This document shows, piece by piece, positions 9,319 through 21,115 of a DNA stretch of 64,000 nucleotides (position 1 is the stretch's first letter; each line of letters opens with the position of its first letter). The notes beneath the pieces were generated by a model. The model was not told where the DNA came from and did no database searches. It was given only the letters and a program-made list of their open reading frames with translations. The stretch is taken from NCBI GenBank assembly GCA_046754465.1, contig JBHHVU010000005.1:33243-97242 (forward strand), given 5' to 3'. The position numbers were made by a program, and so were the translations under genes. Source of the DNA: Nitrospinaceae bacterium (GTDB lineage: Bacteria > Nitrospinota > Nitrospinia > Nitrospinales > VA-1).

Positions 9319-11379
9319 CTATCGGGGGCTGGCGGCAATATTGCCGCCGTCTATGGTGAGCACGCTGCCGGTGGTCTTTTCCGCCAGGGCCAGTTCGAGA
9401 AACCCCTGCGCCACGTCGGTGTCGTAAACTTCTTTCCGCAGCAGGTTGTTGCGAAAATATTCATCGGGAGACAGTCCCCGGGCTCCAGCCCGGTCCTGGA
9501 TCACCCGTTCGGTGAACAATCCGGTGCGGACCCGGTCGGCATTGATGGCATTGGAGCGGATGCCCTTCTCACCGTAATCGAGGGCGTATTGTTTGGCCAG
9601 GGCGACGACCGCCGCCTTGGGAAGGGCATAGGGTCCGAAATCCTTTCCCGGATTGAACGCGGCCTTGGAGGCGTTGAACAGCAGCACCCCGCCAGTCTTC
9701 TGACCGAGAAACAGCGCGACGGCTTTTGACGCCAGGGTCTGGTGCGCAAAAAAGTTCAACTCGAAACTGGCCCGCAGCCGGGCGGGGTCCACCTCGCCGA
9801 TTTTCCCCTGGAGGGCGTTGCCCGCGTTGGAAATCAGGATGTCCAGTCCGCCGAAATTCCGCACCAGGTGATCGAACGATTCTTCCACCGCCCTGGCATC
9901 GGTCACGTCCACCACCTGAGTCTCCACACCCACCTTACTGAGTGCCAGCACCTGCCGCCGCGCGGCGGCGAGTTTTTCCCGGTCCAGATCGGCCAGGAAC
10001 AGGTTGGCCCCGTTTTGGGCGAACAACCGGGCGGTGGCCAGCCCGATCCCCGAAGCGGCCCCGGATATATACACGATTTTCCCCTGAAGCCGGGCCGGCT
10101 TGGCCTTGCCGAGCTTGGCTTGTTCCAGGGACCAGTACTCCATCTCGAACAGGTCGGATTCTCCCAGGGGGGTATACCGGCCCACGGCAAACGCTTTCTG
10201 AATGATATCGATGGTGTGCTGATAGATGTCGGCGGCAATTCGCGTTTCACGCACGGTCTTGCCCATGGTGATCAACCCCACCCCCGCGAGAAGGATCACC
10301 CGCGGCAGGGGATCGAGTTCCTTCTTCGCCGCGCCCCGGACCTCCTGGTTGGCGCGGAAGTAACGATGGTAGTTCTCGATATAGCGTTCCAGGGCGTCTG
10401 AAATTTCCGCTCTCAATGTTTTGGGATCGTCCGGATGTCGCGGATTCAGCAAGAGGGGTTTCTGTTTGGTGCGGATCACATGATCGGGCGTGGCGGTTCC
10501 AATCTGCGACCACTCGGCGCCTTCCCTGCTGTTGGCGAACGCGGTGGCGGCGGAATCTTCCCGGTAATGCATCACCCAGGACATTCCGGATTTTTCATCA
10601 TACAGTCCCCGAAGCACCGGGGCCGCCTTTTTCAAAATCGCTTCCCCGCCCGCCGCCGGTTGGAGACCTCCGATCGGGGTCAATGAAATTTTCTTTTGCC
10701 GGGCGATGTATTCCTCGGCCAAGGTCACCGCCTCGATGTGCCGGTCATAACTTTCCCTCGCGGTTTCTCCGAAAGTGAATAGGCCGTGGTTGGCCAGGAT
10801 GAGGCCCTTGACGCCGGGGTGTTTCTCATTCGTTTCCGCGGCGGCCTTGGCGAGGGCGAATCCAGGCATGATGTAGGGGACCACGGCGAAAGAATCCCCG
10901 TATACCTCCCGGCACAGGTCCTCCACCTGGGGCTGGTCGGCCAGGACCAGGATGGCATCGGCATGGGAATGGTCGATGAACTTCCACGGCAGGAAGGCGT
11001 GCAGCAGCGTTTCCACCGAAGGATTGGGGGACGAGGCGTCAAGCAGGTTGATCCGCTGCTCGTTGACCATATCCTCATCGCTCAACCGGTCCAGCGCCCG
11101 TAATTTCCGGATCGGATCCAGCCGGACTCCCGGCAATCCGGGCGGTTCCAGGGTATCCAGGTCCCACCCGCTTCCTTTTACATAAAGGACGGGAACCTCC
11201 TCGCCCAGCCGGTTTTTGAAGACGGATTTTACGGAGGTGTTTCCTCCCCCGTGAAGGACCAGGGCGGGGTCGCGTCCGATCAGCCGCGAGGTGTAAACGC
11301 GCAGGGCGATGTCCTCGGAATAGTCTTTATAGGTCTGGATGGCCTTTTCGGCCTCCGCGTTGTTCCATCGATTTTTCAT
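9319..11379 (-). CDS. Bifunctional class II aldolase / short-chain dehydrogenase (RhaD-SDR fusion type)
   Basis: GGGNTSVK, KGSGWDL, PSVETLLH, IDHSHAD, NHG, TPDHVIRTK, EYWSLEQAKL, then SDR motifs GAASGIG, NAG, YALPK. Start taken at MKNRW (11379). Confidence 0.9.
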   Translation of the reverse strand: MKNRWNNAEAEKAIQTYKDYSEDIALRVYTSRLIGRDPALVLHGGGNTSVKSVFKNRLGEEVPVLYVKGSGWDLDTLEPPGLPGVRLDPIRKLRALDRLSDEDMVNEQRINLLDASSPNPSVETLLHAFLPWKFIDHSHADAILVLADQPQVEDLCREVYGDSFAVVPYIMPGFALAKAAAETNEKHPGVKGLILANHGLFTFGETARESYDRHIEAVTLAEEYIARQKKISLTPIGGLQPAAGGEAILKKAAPVLRGLYDEKSGMSWVMHYREDSAATAFANSREGAEWSQIGTATPDHVIRTKQKPLLLNPRHPDDPKTLRAEISDALERYIENYHRYFRANQEVRGAAKKELDPLPRVILLAGVGLITMGKTVRETRIAADIYQHTIDIIQKAFAVGRYTPLGESDLFEMEYWSLEQAKLGKAKPARLQGKIVYISGAASGIGLATARLFAQNGANLFLADLDREKLAAARRQVLALSKVGVETQVVDVTDARAVEESFDHLVRNFGGLDILISNAGNALQGKIGEVDPARLRASFELNFFAHQTLASKAVALFLGQKTGGVLLFNASKAAFNPGKDFGPYALPKAAVVALAKQYALDYGEKGIRSNAINADRVRTGLFTERVIQDRAGARGLSPDEYFRNNLLRKEVYDTDVAQGFLELALAEKTTGSVLTIDGGNIAASPR

Positions 11380-11408
11380 TTCAGAACCATTATGAATGAA
11401 AATTGGGT

Positions 11409-12971
11409 TTATTGGGGAAATCCGGCATCGGGAACGGGTTTCCATGCCCTGGCAAAATATATCTTATACCCGCAAACCAGGGCCAGCGACAAGAGGAGTC
11501 CCGGGGGCAACCAAGTCATGTACCAGGGAAACCCGAAAAGGTACATATAATACCACCAGAAATTGGGCGCGTTGACTGCCAATCCTTTTTCCAGCACCTC
11601 CCGGTCTCCTGCGCCGAGGAACCGCCTGCCGGACAACGCCTCGGAGACCAGACGCTCCATGAGTCGCCTGTCTCCCGATTTCCGGAACACGGCCTTCATT
11701 TCCCCGGGCTGCATGATGAGAGGAGAATAGGCCGGCGAATACACGAGCAAGTCCTCCGCCTTCTCGCCAAATTGATTTCGCAAATCATAATAATACCGGG
11801 ACACGCTGACCGTGACCGAGGGAATTTGAATGATTATCCCCACCAGGATGGAAAAAATGACAAGACGCCGGAGGACGCCGTCGCGTCTCTCAAGGAGAAA
11901 TCCCACCGGTAAAATAAGATAAGGGAGTACCACTAACATCAACCGAGGTCCCCAGCCCATCCCTCCAAACCAACTGTGCCAGAACGAAAAAAGCAAGAGA
12001 TGGGACAATACGATCCACCCGAACAACCCCGCCCACGCCGGCCGGGTCCGGAATAAAACCGGTAACGCCACGCAGCCGGGAATCAGCAGAGGATTATATA
12101 AAAAGACTGACTTTCCCGGTGAAAAAAGAAGACCCCATAAACCCGTGACGAATCCGCTCCCGAATCCTTTTTCATATCCCGTTTCCAGGAAATCCTGAAA
12201 ACGGACATAATTATAAAGTCCGATCAACGCCAGAGCGATCCCAACGGGAACCAGAATCCGGGTGAGGTCGAGAACCCGTCCCCGCAGGCTGGGTGGAGCG
12301 CCCTCCCGCCACTGCATGAACCGGTGAATGAGGAATCCGGGCAACGCAACCAGGGTCGCCAACCTGCAGGTAAGGGCGAGAGCGAAAAAAATCCCCGCCC
12401 GGGTGGGCTGCCCTTGCTTTTCCCCCGGCCGGCCCGTGGCGAGGAAAACGGAGGCGAGCAGAGCCAGGGTCGTGGCGGGTTCACTCATGAAATCCTCGGA
12501 ATGAAACCAGGCGATGGTGGACAGGCCAAAACCCAGGGCCAACAGCGAGGAAGTGCGGCTGGAAAACCCGAACCGCTCCCGGCCGAAACGAAACATCAAT
12601 ACACAGGTCAGCGCGGTAACCATGGCATTGACCATGCTCACGCAAAAGGCCGTTGCATAAGACGGATCGATATCCAGCCACCGGGCCAGGACCTTTCCGG
12701 ACAAATAAAACGGGACCGCCAGCAGACTCGTTCCGATCCCGTACTTGGAGTATTTTTCCCCTTCCGGGTCGCCGGCGCCCACGCGCTCGATATACCCCAG
12801 GCTTTGATGATCCACCAGGCTCTGGGTCAGCAGATACATTATTTTCCCCTCCGACGATTGAATCGACCCCTGCCCCGTGAGCAGGTACACGGAAAAAAAG
12901 AAGAGGAACAAACGGAAATGAGTTTTAAATTGAGGAGGGAAATTCACACTGGCAAACCGGTTCGAGTTCAT
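11409..12971 (-). CDS. Polytopic membrane protein, probable GT-C (ArnT/PMT-like) glycosyltransferase
   Basis: Many hydrophobic segments; YSKYGIG, SEP, GY, SPGKS.F.Y.P and W.GG..WGPR motifs typical of GT-C-like proteins. Start uncertain (13043, 12971 or 12947). Confidence 0.6.
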   Translation of the reverse strand: MNSNRFASVNFPPQFKTHFRLFLFFFSVYLLTGQGSIQSSEGKIMYLLTQSLVDHQSLGYIERVGAGDPEGEKYSKYGIGTSLLAVPFYLSGKVLARWLDIDPSYATAFCVSMVNAMVTALTCVLMFRFGRERFGFSSRTSSLLALGFGLSTIAWFHSEDFMSEPATTLALLASVFLATGRPGEKQGQPTRAGIFFALALTCRLATLVALPGFLIHRFMQWREGAPPSLRGRVLDLTRILVPVGIALALIGLYNYVRFQDFLETGYEKGFGSGFVTGLWGLLFSPGKSVFLYNPLLIPGCVALPVLFRTRPAWAGLFGWIVLSHLLLFSFWHSWFGGMGWGPRLMLVVLPYLILPVGFLLERRDGVLRRLVIFSILVGIIIQIPSVTVSVSRYYYDLRNQFGEKAEDLLVYSPAYSPLIMQPGEMKAVFRKSGDRRLMERLVSEALSGRRFLGAGDREVLEKGLAVNAPNFWWYYMYLFGFPWYMTWLPPGLLLSLALVCGYKIYFARAWKPVPDAGFPQ

Positions 12972-13142
12972 CCGAATCAGACAGGAGAGGCATCCGCCGG
13001 GGGGAGGATCCGGGTGGAATCCTGATCCACTTCTGTTTATCATAAAAATTATCCCGGGTCAAAACCGGGAGGGATCCCTCTCCCCTTCCCCGGTTAAAAG
13101 CGTAATGAATTGTTGCGGGTTCTGTGTTACTCTTTGCACGCA

Positions 13143-13391
13143 ATGCTGGCCAAAATTCACGTGACATTCAAAAAAGGAGTTCTGGACCCGCAGGGCAAGG
13201 CGGTGCACCACGCGCTCAACGACCTGGGGTACGCGGAGGTCAAACATGTGAACGTGGGCAAGTACATGGAGGTCCGCCTGGAAGGACTGTCCGAGGAGGA
13301 GGCGCGAACCCGGGTCCGTGAAATGTGCGAAAAACTTCTTGCCAATACCGTGATCGAATCCTACGGGTTCACCCTGACCCCGGCGGAATGA
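13143..13391 (+). CDS. purS: Phosphoribosylformylglycinamidine synthase subunit PurS
   Basis: KKGVLDPQGKAV...VGKY...MCEKLLANTVIE; start at ATG 13143. Confidence 0.96.
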   Translation: MLAKIHVTFKKGVLDPQGKAVHHALNDLGYAEVKHVNVGKYMEVRLEGLSEEEARTRVREMCEKLLANTVIESYGFTLTPAE

Positions 13392-13416
13392 TCGTTATCC
13401 CCCAATCGAAACTGAT

Positions 13417-14106
13417 ATGAAGTGCGGAATCGTCGTATTTCCCGGATCGAACTGCGATCATGATTGTTACCATATCCTGAAGCATATCCTTTCCCTCGAT
13501 ACCCACTGGATATGGCACAAGGACGACCGCGACCTGGACGATTTTGACCTCATCGTTCTGCCAGGCGGGTTTTCCTATGGGGACTACCTGCGGGCCGGGG
13601 CTATTTCCAAGTTTTCACCGGTTATGAAGGCGGTAATCCGATTCGCGGAGCGGGGAGGCCGCGTGTTAGGGATCTGCAACGGATTCCAGATTCTGGTGGA
13701 AGCGGGCCTGCTTCCCGGGGCGCTCCTGCCGAACCGGTCGCAGAAATTCATTTGCAAGACCGTATTCACACGCGTAGAAAACGCGGATACCCCTTTCACG
13801 CGGGAATGCGGAGACAATGCGGTCCTAAAAATTCCTATCGCCCATCACCAGGGCAGTTATTTCGCCCCTCCGGAGACGCTGGCTGGGATGATCGAAAACG
13901 ATCAGATCATCTTGCGTTATTGCGACGCGGCGGGGGAGACCTCCGATACGTCAAACCCCAACGGATCGATCGACAACATCGCCGCGGTGACCAACGGCGG
14001 GAAAAACATCCTGGGAATGATGCCCCACCCCGAACGAAGCGCCGACCCCTTATGGCCGGACGTCGATGGACAAAAGATATTTAAATCCTTGATCCATTCC
14101 GGGTGA
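13417..14106 (+). CDS. purQ: FGAM synthase glutaminase subunit PurQ
   Basis: [32 protein letters not shown]. Confidence 0.97.
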   Translation: MKCGIVVFPGSNCDHDCYHILKHILSLDTHWIWHKDDRDLDDFDLIVLPGGFSYGDYLRAGAISKFSPVMKAVIRFAERGGRVLGICNGFQILVEAGLLPGALLPNRSQKFICKTVFTRVENADTPFTRECGDNAVLKIPIAHHQGSYFAPPETLAGMIENDQIILRYCDAAGETSDTSNPNGSIDNIAAVTNGGKNILGMMPHPERSADPLWPDVDGQKIFKSLIHSG

Positions 14107-14110
14107 GATC

Positions 14111-16366
14111 GTGCCGCATCCATCCAAATCCCAAACGGACCCGGAAATCACCCCGGAACTGGTCAAACAACACGGCCTGACCGTGAAAGAATACCAGCGC
14201 ATCATTGACCTTTTGGGCCGTGCTCCGAACCTGACTGAACTGGGCATATTCTCCGTGATGTGGAGCGAGCACTGCAGCTACAAAAGTTCACGGCCGCATC
14301 TGAAACGGCTTCCCACCGAAGGACCCCGGGTGCTGGAGGGTCCGGGAGAAAACGCGGGGGTGGTGGACATCGGGGACGGACTGGCCGTGGTGTTCAAAAT
14401 CGAAAGTCACAACCACCCCTCCTTCATAGAACCCCGCCAGGGAGCCGCCACCGGCGTGGGGGGCATCATGCGCGACATCTTTACGATGGGAGCGCGCCCG
14501 ATCGCCCTGTTGGATTCCCTGCGGTTCGGGGACCTGGTAAACCCGCGCACCAGGTATCTGCTCAACGGCGTGGTGGACGGTATCGCCCAGTACGGAAACT
14601 GCACCGGCGTCCCCACCGTAGGGGGGGAGATCTATTTCGACTCCTGTTACAACGGCAATATTCTGGTCAACGTGTTTTGTCTCGGATTGGTCAAATCCGG
14701 AAAGGTGTTTCGCGCCCAGGCGGGCGGCGTGGACAACGCGGTGATCTACGTTGGGTCCAAAACCGGACGGGACGGCATCCACGGGGCCAGCCTTCTGGCC
14801 TCCGCGGAATTCGACGAGACCTCCGAGGAAAAACGGCCCACGGTACAAGTGGGCGATCCCTTCACAGAAAAGCTCCTCATCGAAGCCTGCCTGGAATTGA
14901 TGAAAAAAGACTGGGTGGTCGGCGTCCAGGACATGGGGGCGGCGGGCTTGACCTCCTCCTCCTTCGAGATGGCGGGCCGGGCAGGGACCGGAATCGAACT
15001 CGATCTCTCGAGGATTCCCCTGCGGGAGGAAAATATGTCCCCCTATGAAATCCTCTTGTCCGAATCCCAGGAACGGATGCTGTTCGTCGTGGAAAAAGGC
15101 CATGAAGAAGAGGCGCTGGCTATCTTCAGCAAGTGGGACCTCGACGGCGCGGTGATCGGCAGGGTATCGGAACAACCCGTGGTGCGCATCCTGAACGAGG
15201 GGGAGGAGGTGGTGAACCTTCCCGTCTCGCCGGTGGTGGAGGGCGCTCTCGATCTCAAACGCCCCTCGGCCAAACCCGCTTACCTGGGCGAGGTGGACCA
15301 CCTGGACCTCACACAGCTTCCGGAACCCGGGAGGGGAGAGAAGGTTTTGAAAAAACTGCTCGCTTCCCCGAACATCGCCAGTAAGGAATGGATTTATCAA
15401 CAATACGACCACATGGTGCGTCTCAACACGCTGGTTTTGCCGGGATCGGACGCCGCCGTCATCCGGATCCCCGGCACGCAAAAGGCGGTCGCCCTGTCCG
15501 TGGACTGCAACAGCCGTTACTGTTATCTGGATCCCTTCCAGGGCGCCCAGATCGCGGTGGCCGAATGCGCGCGCAACATCGTTTGTTCCGGGGCCACGGC
15601 CATCGGCCTCACCAACTGCCTGAATTTTGGCAACCCGGAAAAACCCGGGATCATGTGGCAGTTCGAGCAGGCCGCGGCCGGAATCGCCGAAGCCTGCCGG
15701 TTTTTCGATATTCCTGTAGTCAGTGGAAACGTCAGTCTCTATAATGAAACTAAAGGAGAACCGATATTCCCAACTCCTACCGTTGCCGTGGTCGGGCTTC
15801 TCGAGGACCTTTCGTTGCATTGCACCCAATGGTTCAAAAATCCCGGAGACCGGATCGGCCTGCTGGGGTTGACCCTGGAAGAAATCGGGGGAAGCGAGTA
15901 CCTGAAACTGGAATTCGATCTGTGCCGGGGGAAACCTCCCCTTCTGGATAAAAAAGCGGAACAACGGGTGCAGGAACTTTGCCGGGAACTGATCCGGAAA
16001 GGTAAAATCCGTTCCGCCCACGATTGTTCGGAAGGAGGATTGGGGGTGGCGGCGGCGGAATCCTGCTTCACGGGACCCGGGGAACCGGTGGGGGCGGTTT
16101 TGAACCTGAAATCGACCCTGCGGAAAGATGCCCTTTTGTTTGGGGAATCCCAATCCCGCATCCTGATCTCCTATTCCGGGGACCAGCGGGAATCCATCGC
16201 CGAGGAGGCCCGGATAAAGGGAGTGGAGTTTTGGGAACTCGGGGAAACCGGGGGCAGGGAGTTCCGGGTCCTTATCAACGGCGAGGAATTCATCCGGGAA
16301 GATATCCGGGAATTAAAAACCCTTTGGCAAACCGTTCTGGAGAGTTATGTTCGACAAGTTTCATGA
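14111..16366 (+). CDS. purL: FGAM synthase subunit PurL (small type)
   Basis: [61 protein letters not shown]. Confidence 0.97.
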   Translation: MPHPSKSQTDPEITPELVKQHGLTVKEYQRIIDLLGRAPNLTELGIFSVMWSEHCSYKSSRPHLKRLPTEGPRVLEGPGENAGVVDIGDGLAVVFKIESHNHPSFIEPRQGAATGVGGIMRDIFTMGARPIALLDSLRFGDLVNPRTRYLLNGVVDGIAQYGNCTGVPTVGGEIYFDSCYNGNILVNVFCLGLVKSGKVFRAQAGGVDNAVIYVGSKTGRDGIHGASLLASAEFDETSEEKRPTVQVGDPFTEKLLIEACLELMKKDWVVGVQDMGAAGLTSSSFEMAGRAGTGIELDLSRIPLREENMSPYEILLSESQERMLFVVEKGHEEEALAIFSKWDLDGAVIGRVSEQPVVRILNEGEEVVNLPVSPVVEGALDLKRPSAKPAYLGEVDHLDLTQLPEPGRGEKVLKKLLASPNIASKEWIYQQYDHMVRLNTLVLPGSDAAVIRIPGTQKAVALSVDCNSRYCYLDPFQGAQIAVAECARNIVCSGATAIGLTNCLNFGNPEKPGIMWQFEQAAAGIAEACRFFDIPVVSGNVSLYNETKGEPIFPTPTVAVVGLLEDLSLHCTQWFKNPGDRIGLLGLTLEEIGGSEYLKLEFDLCRGKPPLLDKKAEQRVQELCRELIRKGKIRSAHDCSEGGLGVAAAESCFTGPGEPVGAVLNLKSTLRKDALLFGESQSRILISYSGDQRESIAEEARIKGVEFWELGETGGREFRVLINGEEFIREDIRELKTLWQTVLESYVRQVS

Positions 16367-17753
16367 CGAATGCGGGGTGGTGGGCATTTACGGTCACCCC
16401 GAAGCCGCCAACCTGGCCTACCTGGGGCTTTACGCCCTGCAGCACCGGGGACAGGAAAGCGCGGGAATCGTCTCCAGCCACAAGGGCCGGCTGCAACTGG
16501 AAATCGGCATGGGACTGGTGGCGGATATCTTCAACGGAGACCGGCTACAAAAACTTCCCGGCCATATGGCCATCGGACACAACCGGTATTCCACCACGGG
16601 CAAAAGCGAGTTGGCTAACGCCCAACCCTGCCTGATCAACTATTCCGAAGGGGCCATGGCGTTGGCCCACAACGGCAACCTGGTAAACGCCGAGGCCATC
16701 CGGGAAACCCTGGGAGCCGCCGGTTCGATCTTCCAGTCCACCAACGACAGTGAAGTGATCGTCCACCTCATGGCCCAGGCAAAAAAGAATCGCCTCATCG
16801 ACCGCGCCTGCGAAGCCATGGGCCAGGTTCGGGGGGCCTATTCGTTGCTCTTAATGACCGAAGACGAACTGATCGCCGCCCGGGACCCCCAGGGCTTCCG
16901 TCCCCTGTGTCTGGGACAGCTCGACGGCGCTTACGTGGTGGCGTCGGAATCCTGCGTCCTCGACCTCATCGAGGGGGAATACATTCGGGAGATCGAACCC
17001 GGGGAACTGCTGCTCATCAATGAAAAAGGATTGCAATCCTTTTTCCCCTTTCAGAAAGCGCCCACCCGGCAATGCGTTTTCGAACACATCTATTTTGCCC
17101 GGCCTGATAGCTACCTGTTCGACGAACACGTCTATTCGATCCGGAAAACCATGGGCCGCGCCTTGGCCCAGGAATCCCCGGCGGACGCCGACCTCGTCGT
17201 CCCGGTTCCCGATTCCGGACTGATTTCGGCCATGGGGTTTTGCGAGGAATCGAAAATCCCCTACGAACTCGGATTGATCCGCAACCACTACGTCGGACGA
17301 ACCTTCATTGAACCGCAATCGCAAATCCGTCATTTCGGGGTGAAAGTCAAACTGAACGCGGTGGCAAATGTCTTCCAGGGCCAGCGGGTGGTGATCATCG
17401 ATGATTCGATCGTGCGGGGCACCACCAGCCGCAAGATCGTTAAAATGGTCCGTGACGCCGGGGCGACGGAAGTCCATCTTCGCATCAGCGCACCACCCAT
17501 CCTGTTCTCATGTTTTTATGGGATCGATACCCCCACCAAGAATGAACTGATCGCCTCCACTCACTCCCTTGAAGAGACCCGGCAATATCTCCAGGCCGAT
17601 TCGCTCAAGTATTTGAGCATCGAAAAACTGTTGGAAGTTTTCAAAGAGAAAAAAGACAACTATTGCACCGCCTGTTTCGATGGAAAGTACCCCGTCCCCA
17701 TCGATGATAAAGAGGCGTGGGTGGAACAATTGAGCCTGTTCCCCGCCCAATAG
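16347..17753 (+). CDS. purF: Amidophosphoribosyltransferase
   Basis: Short propeptide then [37 protein letters not shown], Fe-S cysteines CTACF; overlaps the purL stop by 20 nt. Confidence 0.97.
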   Translation: MFDKFHDECGVVGIYGHPEAANLAYLGLYALQHRGQESAGIVSSHKGRLQLEIGMGLVADIFNGDRLQKLPGHMAIGHNRYSTTGKSELANAQPCLINYSEGAMALAHNGNLVNAEAIRETLGAAGSIFQSTNDSEVIVHLMAQAKKNRLIDRACEAMGQVRGAYSLLLMTEDELIAARDPQGFRPLCLGQLDGAYVVASESCVLDLIEGEYIREIEPGELLLINEKGLQSFFPFQKAPTRQCVFEHIYFARPDSYLFDEHVYSIRKTMGRALAQESPADADLVVPVPDSGLISAMGFCEESKIPYELGLIRNHYVGRTFIEPQSQIRHFGVKVKLNAVANVFQGQRVVIIDDSIVRGTTSRKIVKMVRDAGATEVHLRISAPPILFSCFYGIDTPTKNELIASTHSLEETRQYLQADSLKYLSIEKLLEVFKEKKDNYCTACFDGKYPVPIDDKEAWVEQLSLFPAQ

Positions 17754-17787
17754 GATTTCCCGCGTTTCGCGTAGGCGGGAGGAGAGA

Positions 17788-20550
17788 TCACTTGGGGGGA
17801 GCCGGTTTCCGAGGAGCCTCCCGCACCACCGCCGATTCCAGCACCTTTCCCAGGGCGTCGAGATCCTCTTTATAATCCCCCAGCGACCGGTCTAGGTCTC
17901 GCTGCGATTCCATGACACGGTCGAAATATTTTTTGATCCTCAAAAACTCCGACTCGCTGAGGGTAATCCTGTCCTGGCCCGTCAAGGCCGCATTTTGGGC
18001 GAGAGCGGGCCTCTCCGCCACCTTTTCACCACCGGCGGCGGGTTGAGAGGGCGCCATCAACCCCCCGAATATCTTCTGCAGCGACTGGGTCAATGTGGGT
18101 TCCATGGCGATGGTGTCCTCGTACCCAACGATCACCCGTTTCAGTTCGGGGATCTTGCCGGCATCGGCTTTCAAGTACAAGGGCCGGACGTAAATGAGCG
18201 ATTCCTCGATGGGGATCACCAAAAGCGTTCCCTGGATCACCCGGGACCCGCGCTGGTCCCACAGGGAAATTTGCCGCGATATTTCCGCTTCCTGGTTGAT
18301 GCGGGCGACGATCTGGCTCGGTCCATAAATCAACTTCTGTTTCGGGAAGGTATAAACCACCAGTTTCCCATAATGCTCCCCATCGCTGCGCGCCACCATC
18401 CAGGCGGAAAGATTGCTCTTGCCGCGCGGGGTGAAGGGAAGCATGAGAATATATTCCTCCCGCTCCTTGGACGGCAGTTTCATGATCGTGTAATAGGGCC
18501 GCATGATCTGCCCGTCGATCTCGGGAATCTCCCACTGGTCTTCCTTGTTATAGAAAACCTGGGGCGTCTTCATGTGATAGGTCGCGTAAATGAACGTCTG
18601 GATGGCGAACAGATCCGACGGAAACCGGATATGCTTTTTCAGATCCCCGGGCATTTCACTAAGATCCTTGAAAAGCAGGGGAAAGATGCTTCGGTAGGTC
18701 AGGATAATGGGATCGTTGGGATCGGCAATATAGAAATCCATGGATCCCTCGTAGGCGTCGATCACGATCTTGACCGAATTCCTGACGTAATTTCCGAACC
18801 GGGGGATCATTTGGGAATAGGGAAATTTATCGCTCACGGTGTAGGCGTCGTAAATCCAAAACAGACGGCCCTCGGAAATCACCAGGTAGGGGTCGTTATC
18901 CAGTCTCAGGAAAGGGGCGACATTTTGCACCCGTTCGGTGATGTTGCGGTACATCAGGACCCGGCTGTCACTATTAATATCCTGGGAAAAGAGGATCTTC
19001 AGGGTTTTTAACCGCGCGGTTAAAATGGCCTTGCGGATGAACGACCCTACCTCAAACCCGCCATGGCCCTGGTAAGCCTTGTATACATTCTTTTCCCCCT
19101 GGGGATAATCGAATTCCTGGGTGCCCGTATTGACGAACACATGATCGTTGGAGAGTTCGCCGAAATATATTTCCGCGCGCTCCACTTTCAAGTCGACGCT
19201 GGACCGAGGGGGGATGTCCTTGATGAACAATACGGGCAGCCCTTCCGGCGTCACCTGGTTCACCGGACTCAAGGAGACGCCATACCCGTGCGTGAAGGTG
19301 AGGTGTTCGTTGATCCACGTCCGGTTGGGAAGATTGCTGGAAAGCAGTTCCCGGGGAGAAAGCAGGGTCTGCCGGTATTTTCCGTTGATGGTATACCGGT
19401 CATTGTCCACGGAATTGAACTGGTAATAAGTCCGGATCTCCTGGATCTGGCCCAGGGTATCGAGAAGGGGTTCCTGATCCCAGAGACGGATGTTTTCGAT
19501 GGTCGCTTCATTATCACGGATGTTTTTCGCGGTCAGGGAATCCGACCCCGTAAGGACCTGGGTCTCCATGCCGGACAACCCGTAACCCATCAGCGAACCG
19601 GCGATGGTGTTCTCGATATACGGCGCTTCCTTGATCAGTTCGTTGGGAGTAACAACGAGCTTTTGCAGGATCTTGGGATAAACGTTTCCGCCCGCATAAA
19701 CAATCGCCAGGCCCACTCCCGCCAGCAGCACTTTCTTCAGTCCCTGTTCAAAAACCCCGAGAAATCCTACCACCGCCGCGGCAAGAGACAAAAAGATGAG
19801 AAGGGCGAGAACGGGCAATTGGCCATGATCGTCGGCATAGTTGACGCCGGTCACCACGCCGCTTTCCTCGGTCAACAGGGCGTAACGATCCAGATAAAAT
19901 TCGCTGGCCAGCAAAAGAAAGAAAAACCCGGTCAACAGGGATAAAGTCCGCCGGGCTTCGGGAAGAATCACGAACCCTGTGGGACTCAGGTACATGAACC
20001 GCTTGAAAAAATAAATCAGGCCCACCCCGATGGTAACCACCACGAAGATTTCCCAAAGAAGCGATTTTGCCAAAATCCACAAGGGCAGGCTGAAAAGATA
20101 AAAAGAATGATCCAGGCCAAAAATGGGATCGGCGCTTCCAAAGGGCACCGCATGGAAAAACTTGAGCAGCACATCCCATTTCTGGGACATCACCAGGCCG
20201 GTCATGATCGCAAGAAGCAAGGGACCGAACAATACCAGCGGTTTCAGGTTGGACGCCAACAGTTCCAGAAAAGGGATCTCCCTGCGAACCTGGTCCGATA
20301 ACAGGATGGGCAGGTGGGAGGTTTTGTTGAAGGTGTAGCGCAAAGCCCCATAAGTGAGGAGGAAAAACAACGCCCCCACCAGCAGGCCCAGGCCGAACTG
20401 TGCGCCGATGGTGGTCCATAACACCGATTCGAATCCGAGATGCTTGAACCAGAGCCAATCGACGTAAAAGAATATGATTTTGTCGGCGAACATCACGCCG
20501 ATGATGAGAATTCCTCCAAGGAGGACCAGCCATCTTTTACTTGGATTCAT
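17788..20550 (-). CDS. UPF0182 family membrane protein
   Basis: DWLWF...G, DPIFGLD.SFY.F.LP, NIRLWD, DRY, HL.FTHGYG, IYFGE, NYVRNSVK, P.DLF..Q and YV.PLY motifs. Confidence 0.92.
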   Translation of the reverse strand: MNPSKRWLVLLGGILIIGVMFADKIIFFYVDWLWFKHLGFESVLWTTIGAQFGLGLLVGALFFLLTYGALRYTFNKTSHLPILLSDQVRREIPFLELLASNLKPLVLFGPLLLAIMTGLVMSQKWDVLLKFFHAVPFGSADPIFGLDHSFYLFSLPLWILAKSLLWEIFVVVTIGVGLIYFFKRFMYLSPTGFVILPEARRTLSLLTGFFFLLLASEFYLDRYALLTEESGVVTGVNYADDHGQLPVLALLIFLSLAAAVVGFLGVFEQGLKKVLLAGVGLAIVYAGGNVYPKILQKLVVTPNELIKEAPYIENTIAGSLMGYGLSGMETQVLTGSDSLTAKNIRDNEATIENIRLWDQEPLLDTLGQIQEIRTYYQFNSVDNDRYTINGKYRQTLLSPRELLSSNLPNRTWINEHLTFTHGYGVSLSPVNQVTPEGLPVLFIKDIPPRSSVDLKVERAEIYFGELSNDHVFVNTGTQEFDYPQGEKNVYKAYQGHGGFEVGSFIRKAILTARLKTLKILFSQDINSDSRVLMYRNITERVQNVAPFLRLDNDPYLVISEGRLFWIYDAYTVSDKFPYSQMIPRFGNYVRNSVKIVIDAYEGSMDFYIADPNDPIILTYRSIFPLLFKDLSEMPGDLKKHIRFPSDLFAIQTFIYATYHMKTPQVFYNKEDQWEIPEIDGQIMRPYYTIMKLPSKEREEYILMLPFTPRGKSNLSAWMVARSDGEHYGKLVVYTFPKQKLIYGPSQIVARINQEAEISRQISLWDQRGSRVIQGTLLVIPIEESLIYVRPLYLKADAGKIPELKRVIVGYEDTIAMEPTLTQSLQKIFGGLMAPSQPAAGGEKVAERPALAQNAALTGQDRITLSESEFLRIKKYFDRVMESQRDLDRSLGDYKEDLDALGKVLESAVVREAPRKPAPPK

Positions 20551-21115
20551 GGGGTGGGTTCCTTTCCGGTTTCCACTTGATGGAACATCCCATCGACGAT
20601 ACCTGTTCCGCCGCGACGGCTCGGCCCTCGAGGATGGCGTCGATGGCCTCCCGCAGATCCCGCCGGGTCACCTTTTCCGGATGCTGCCAGTCGTCGTCGA
20701 TCCTCCCGCGATACAACAAAGTCCGTTCCGCACCGTACACAAAAATATCCGGCGTGCAAACGGCGCCGTAGGCCCTGGCGGTTTCCTGGGTCTCGTCAAA
20801 CAGGTAGGGGAAGGGGATGGACTTTTCCCGGGCGATTTTTCTCATGTTTTCCATGGAGTCCTCGGGGTAACGGGAGGCATCGTTAGCATTGATCCCCACG
20901 AGCTGCACCCCAAGGTCCCGCGTTTCGTTTTGCAGTTGGATTAACCCCCCAAGAACGGCTTTTACATAAGGACAATGGTTGCACATGAAAATAACCACCA
21001 GCACTTTTTTGTCCTTGAAATCCGCAAGGGAATATTCCCTGCCGTCCGTCCCCGGCAGGTTGAAACCAGGCGCCCGGGTTCCCAGGGGCACCATGGTGGA
21101 ATGTGTCAATGCCAT
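20537..21115 (-). CDS. Thioredoxin-fold AhpC/TSA (PRX-like) redoxin
   Basis: AP.F.LPGTDG, FMCNHCPYV, INAND...YPEDS, AVCTPD, YRGRIDD, SMGCSIKW; start at MALTHS (21115). Confidence 0.9.
   Translation of the reverse strand: MALTHSTMVPLGTRAPGFNLPGTDGREYSLADFKDKKVLVVIFMCNHCPYVKAVLGGLIQLQNETRDLGVQLVGINANDASRYPEDSMENMRKIAREKSIPFPYLFDETQETARAYGAVCTPDIFVYGAERTLLYRGRIDDDWQHPEKVTRRDLREAIDAILEGRAVAAEQVSSMGCSIKWKPERNPPHESK

Noticed and set aside
14288..16153. 621-aa ORF antisense to purL (likewise 32153-33796 vs pepF, 52756-54012, 23660-24811 and others)
   Set aside because: Antisense shadows expected from GC-rich codon bias; no recognisable motifs.
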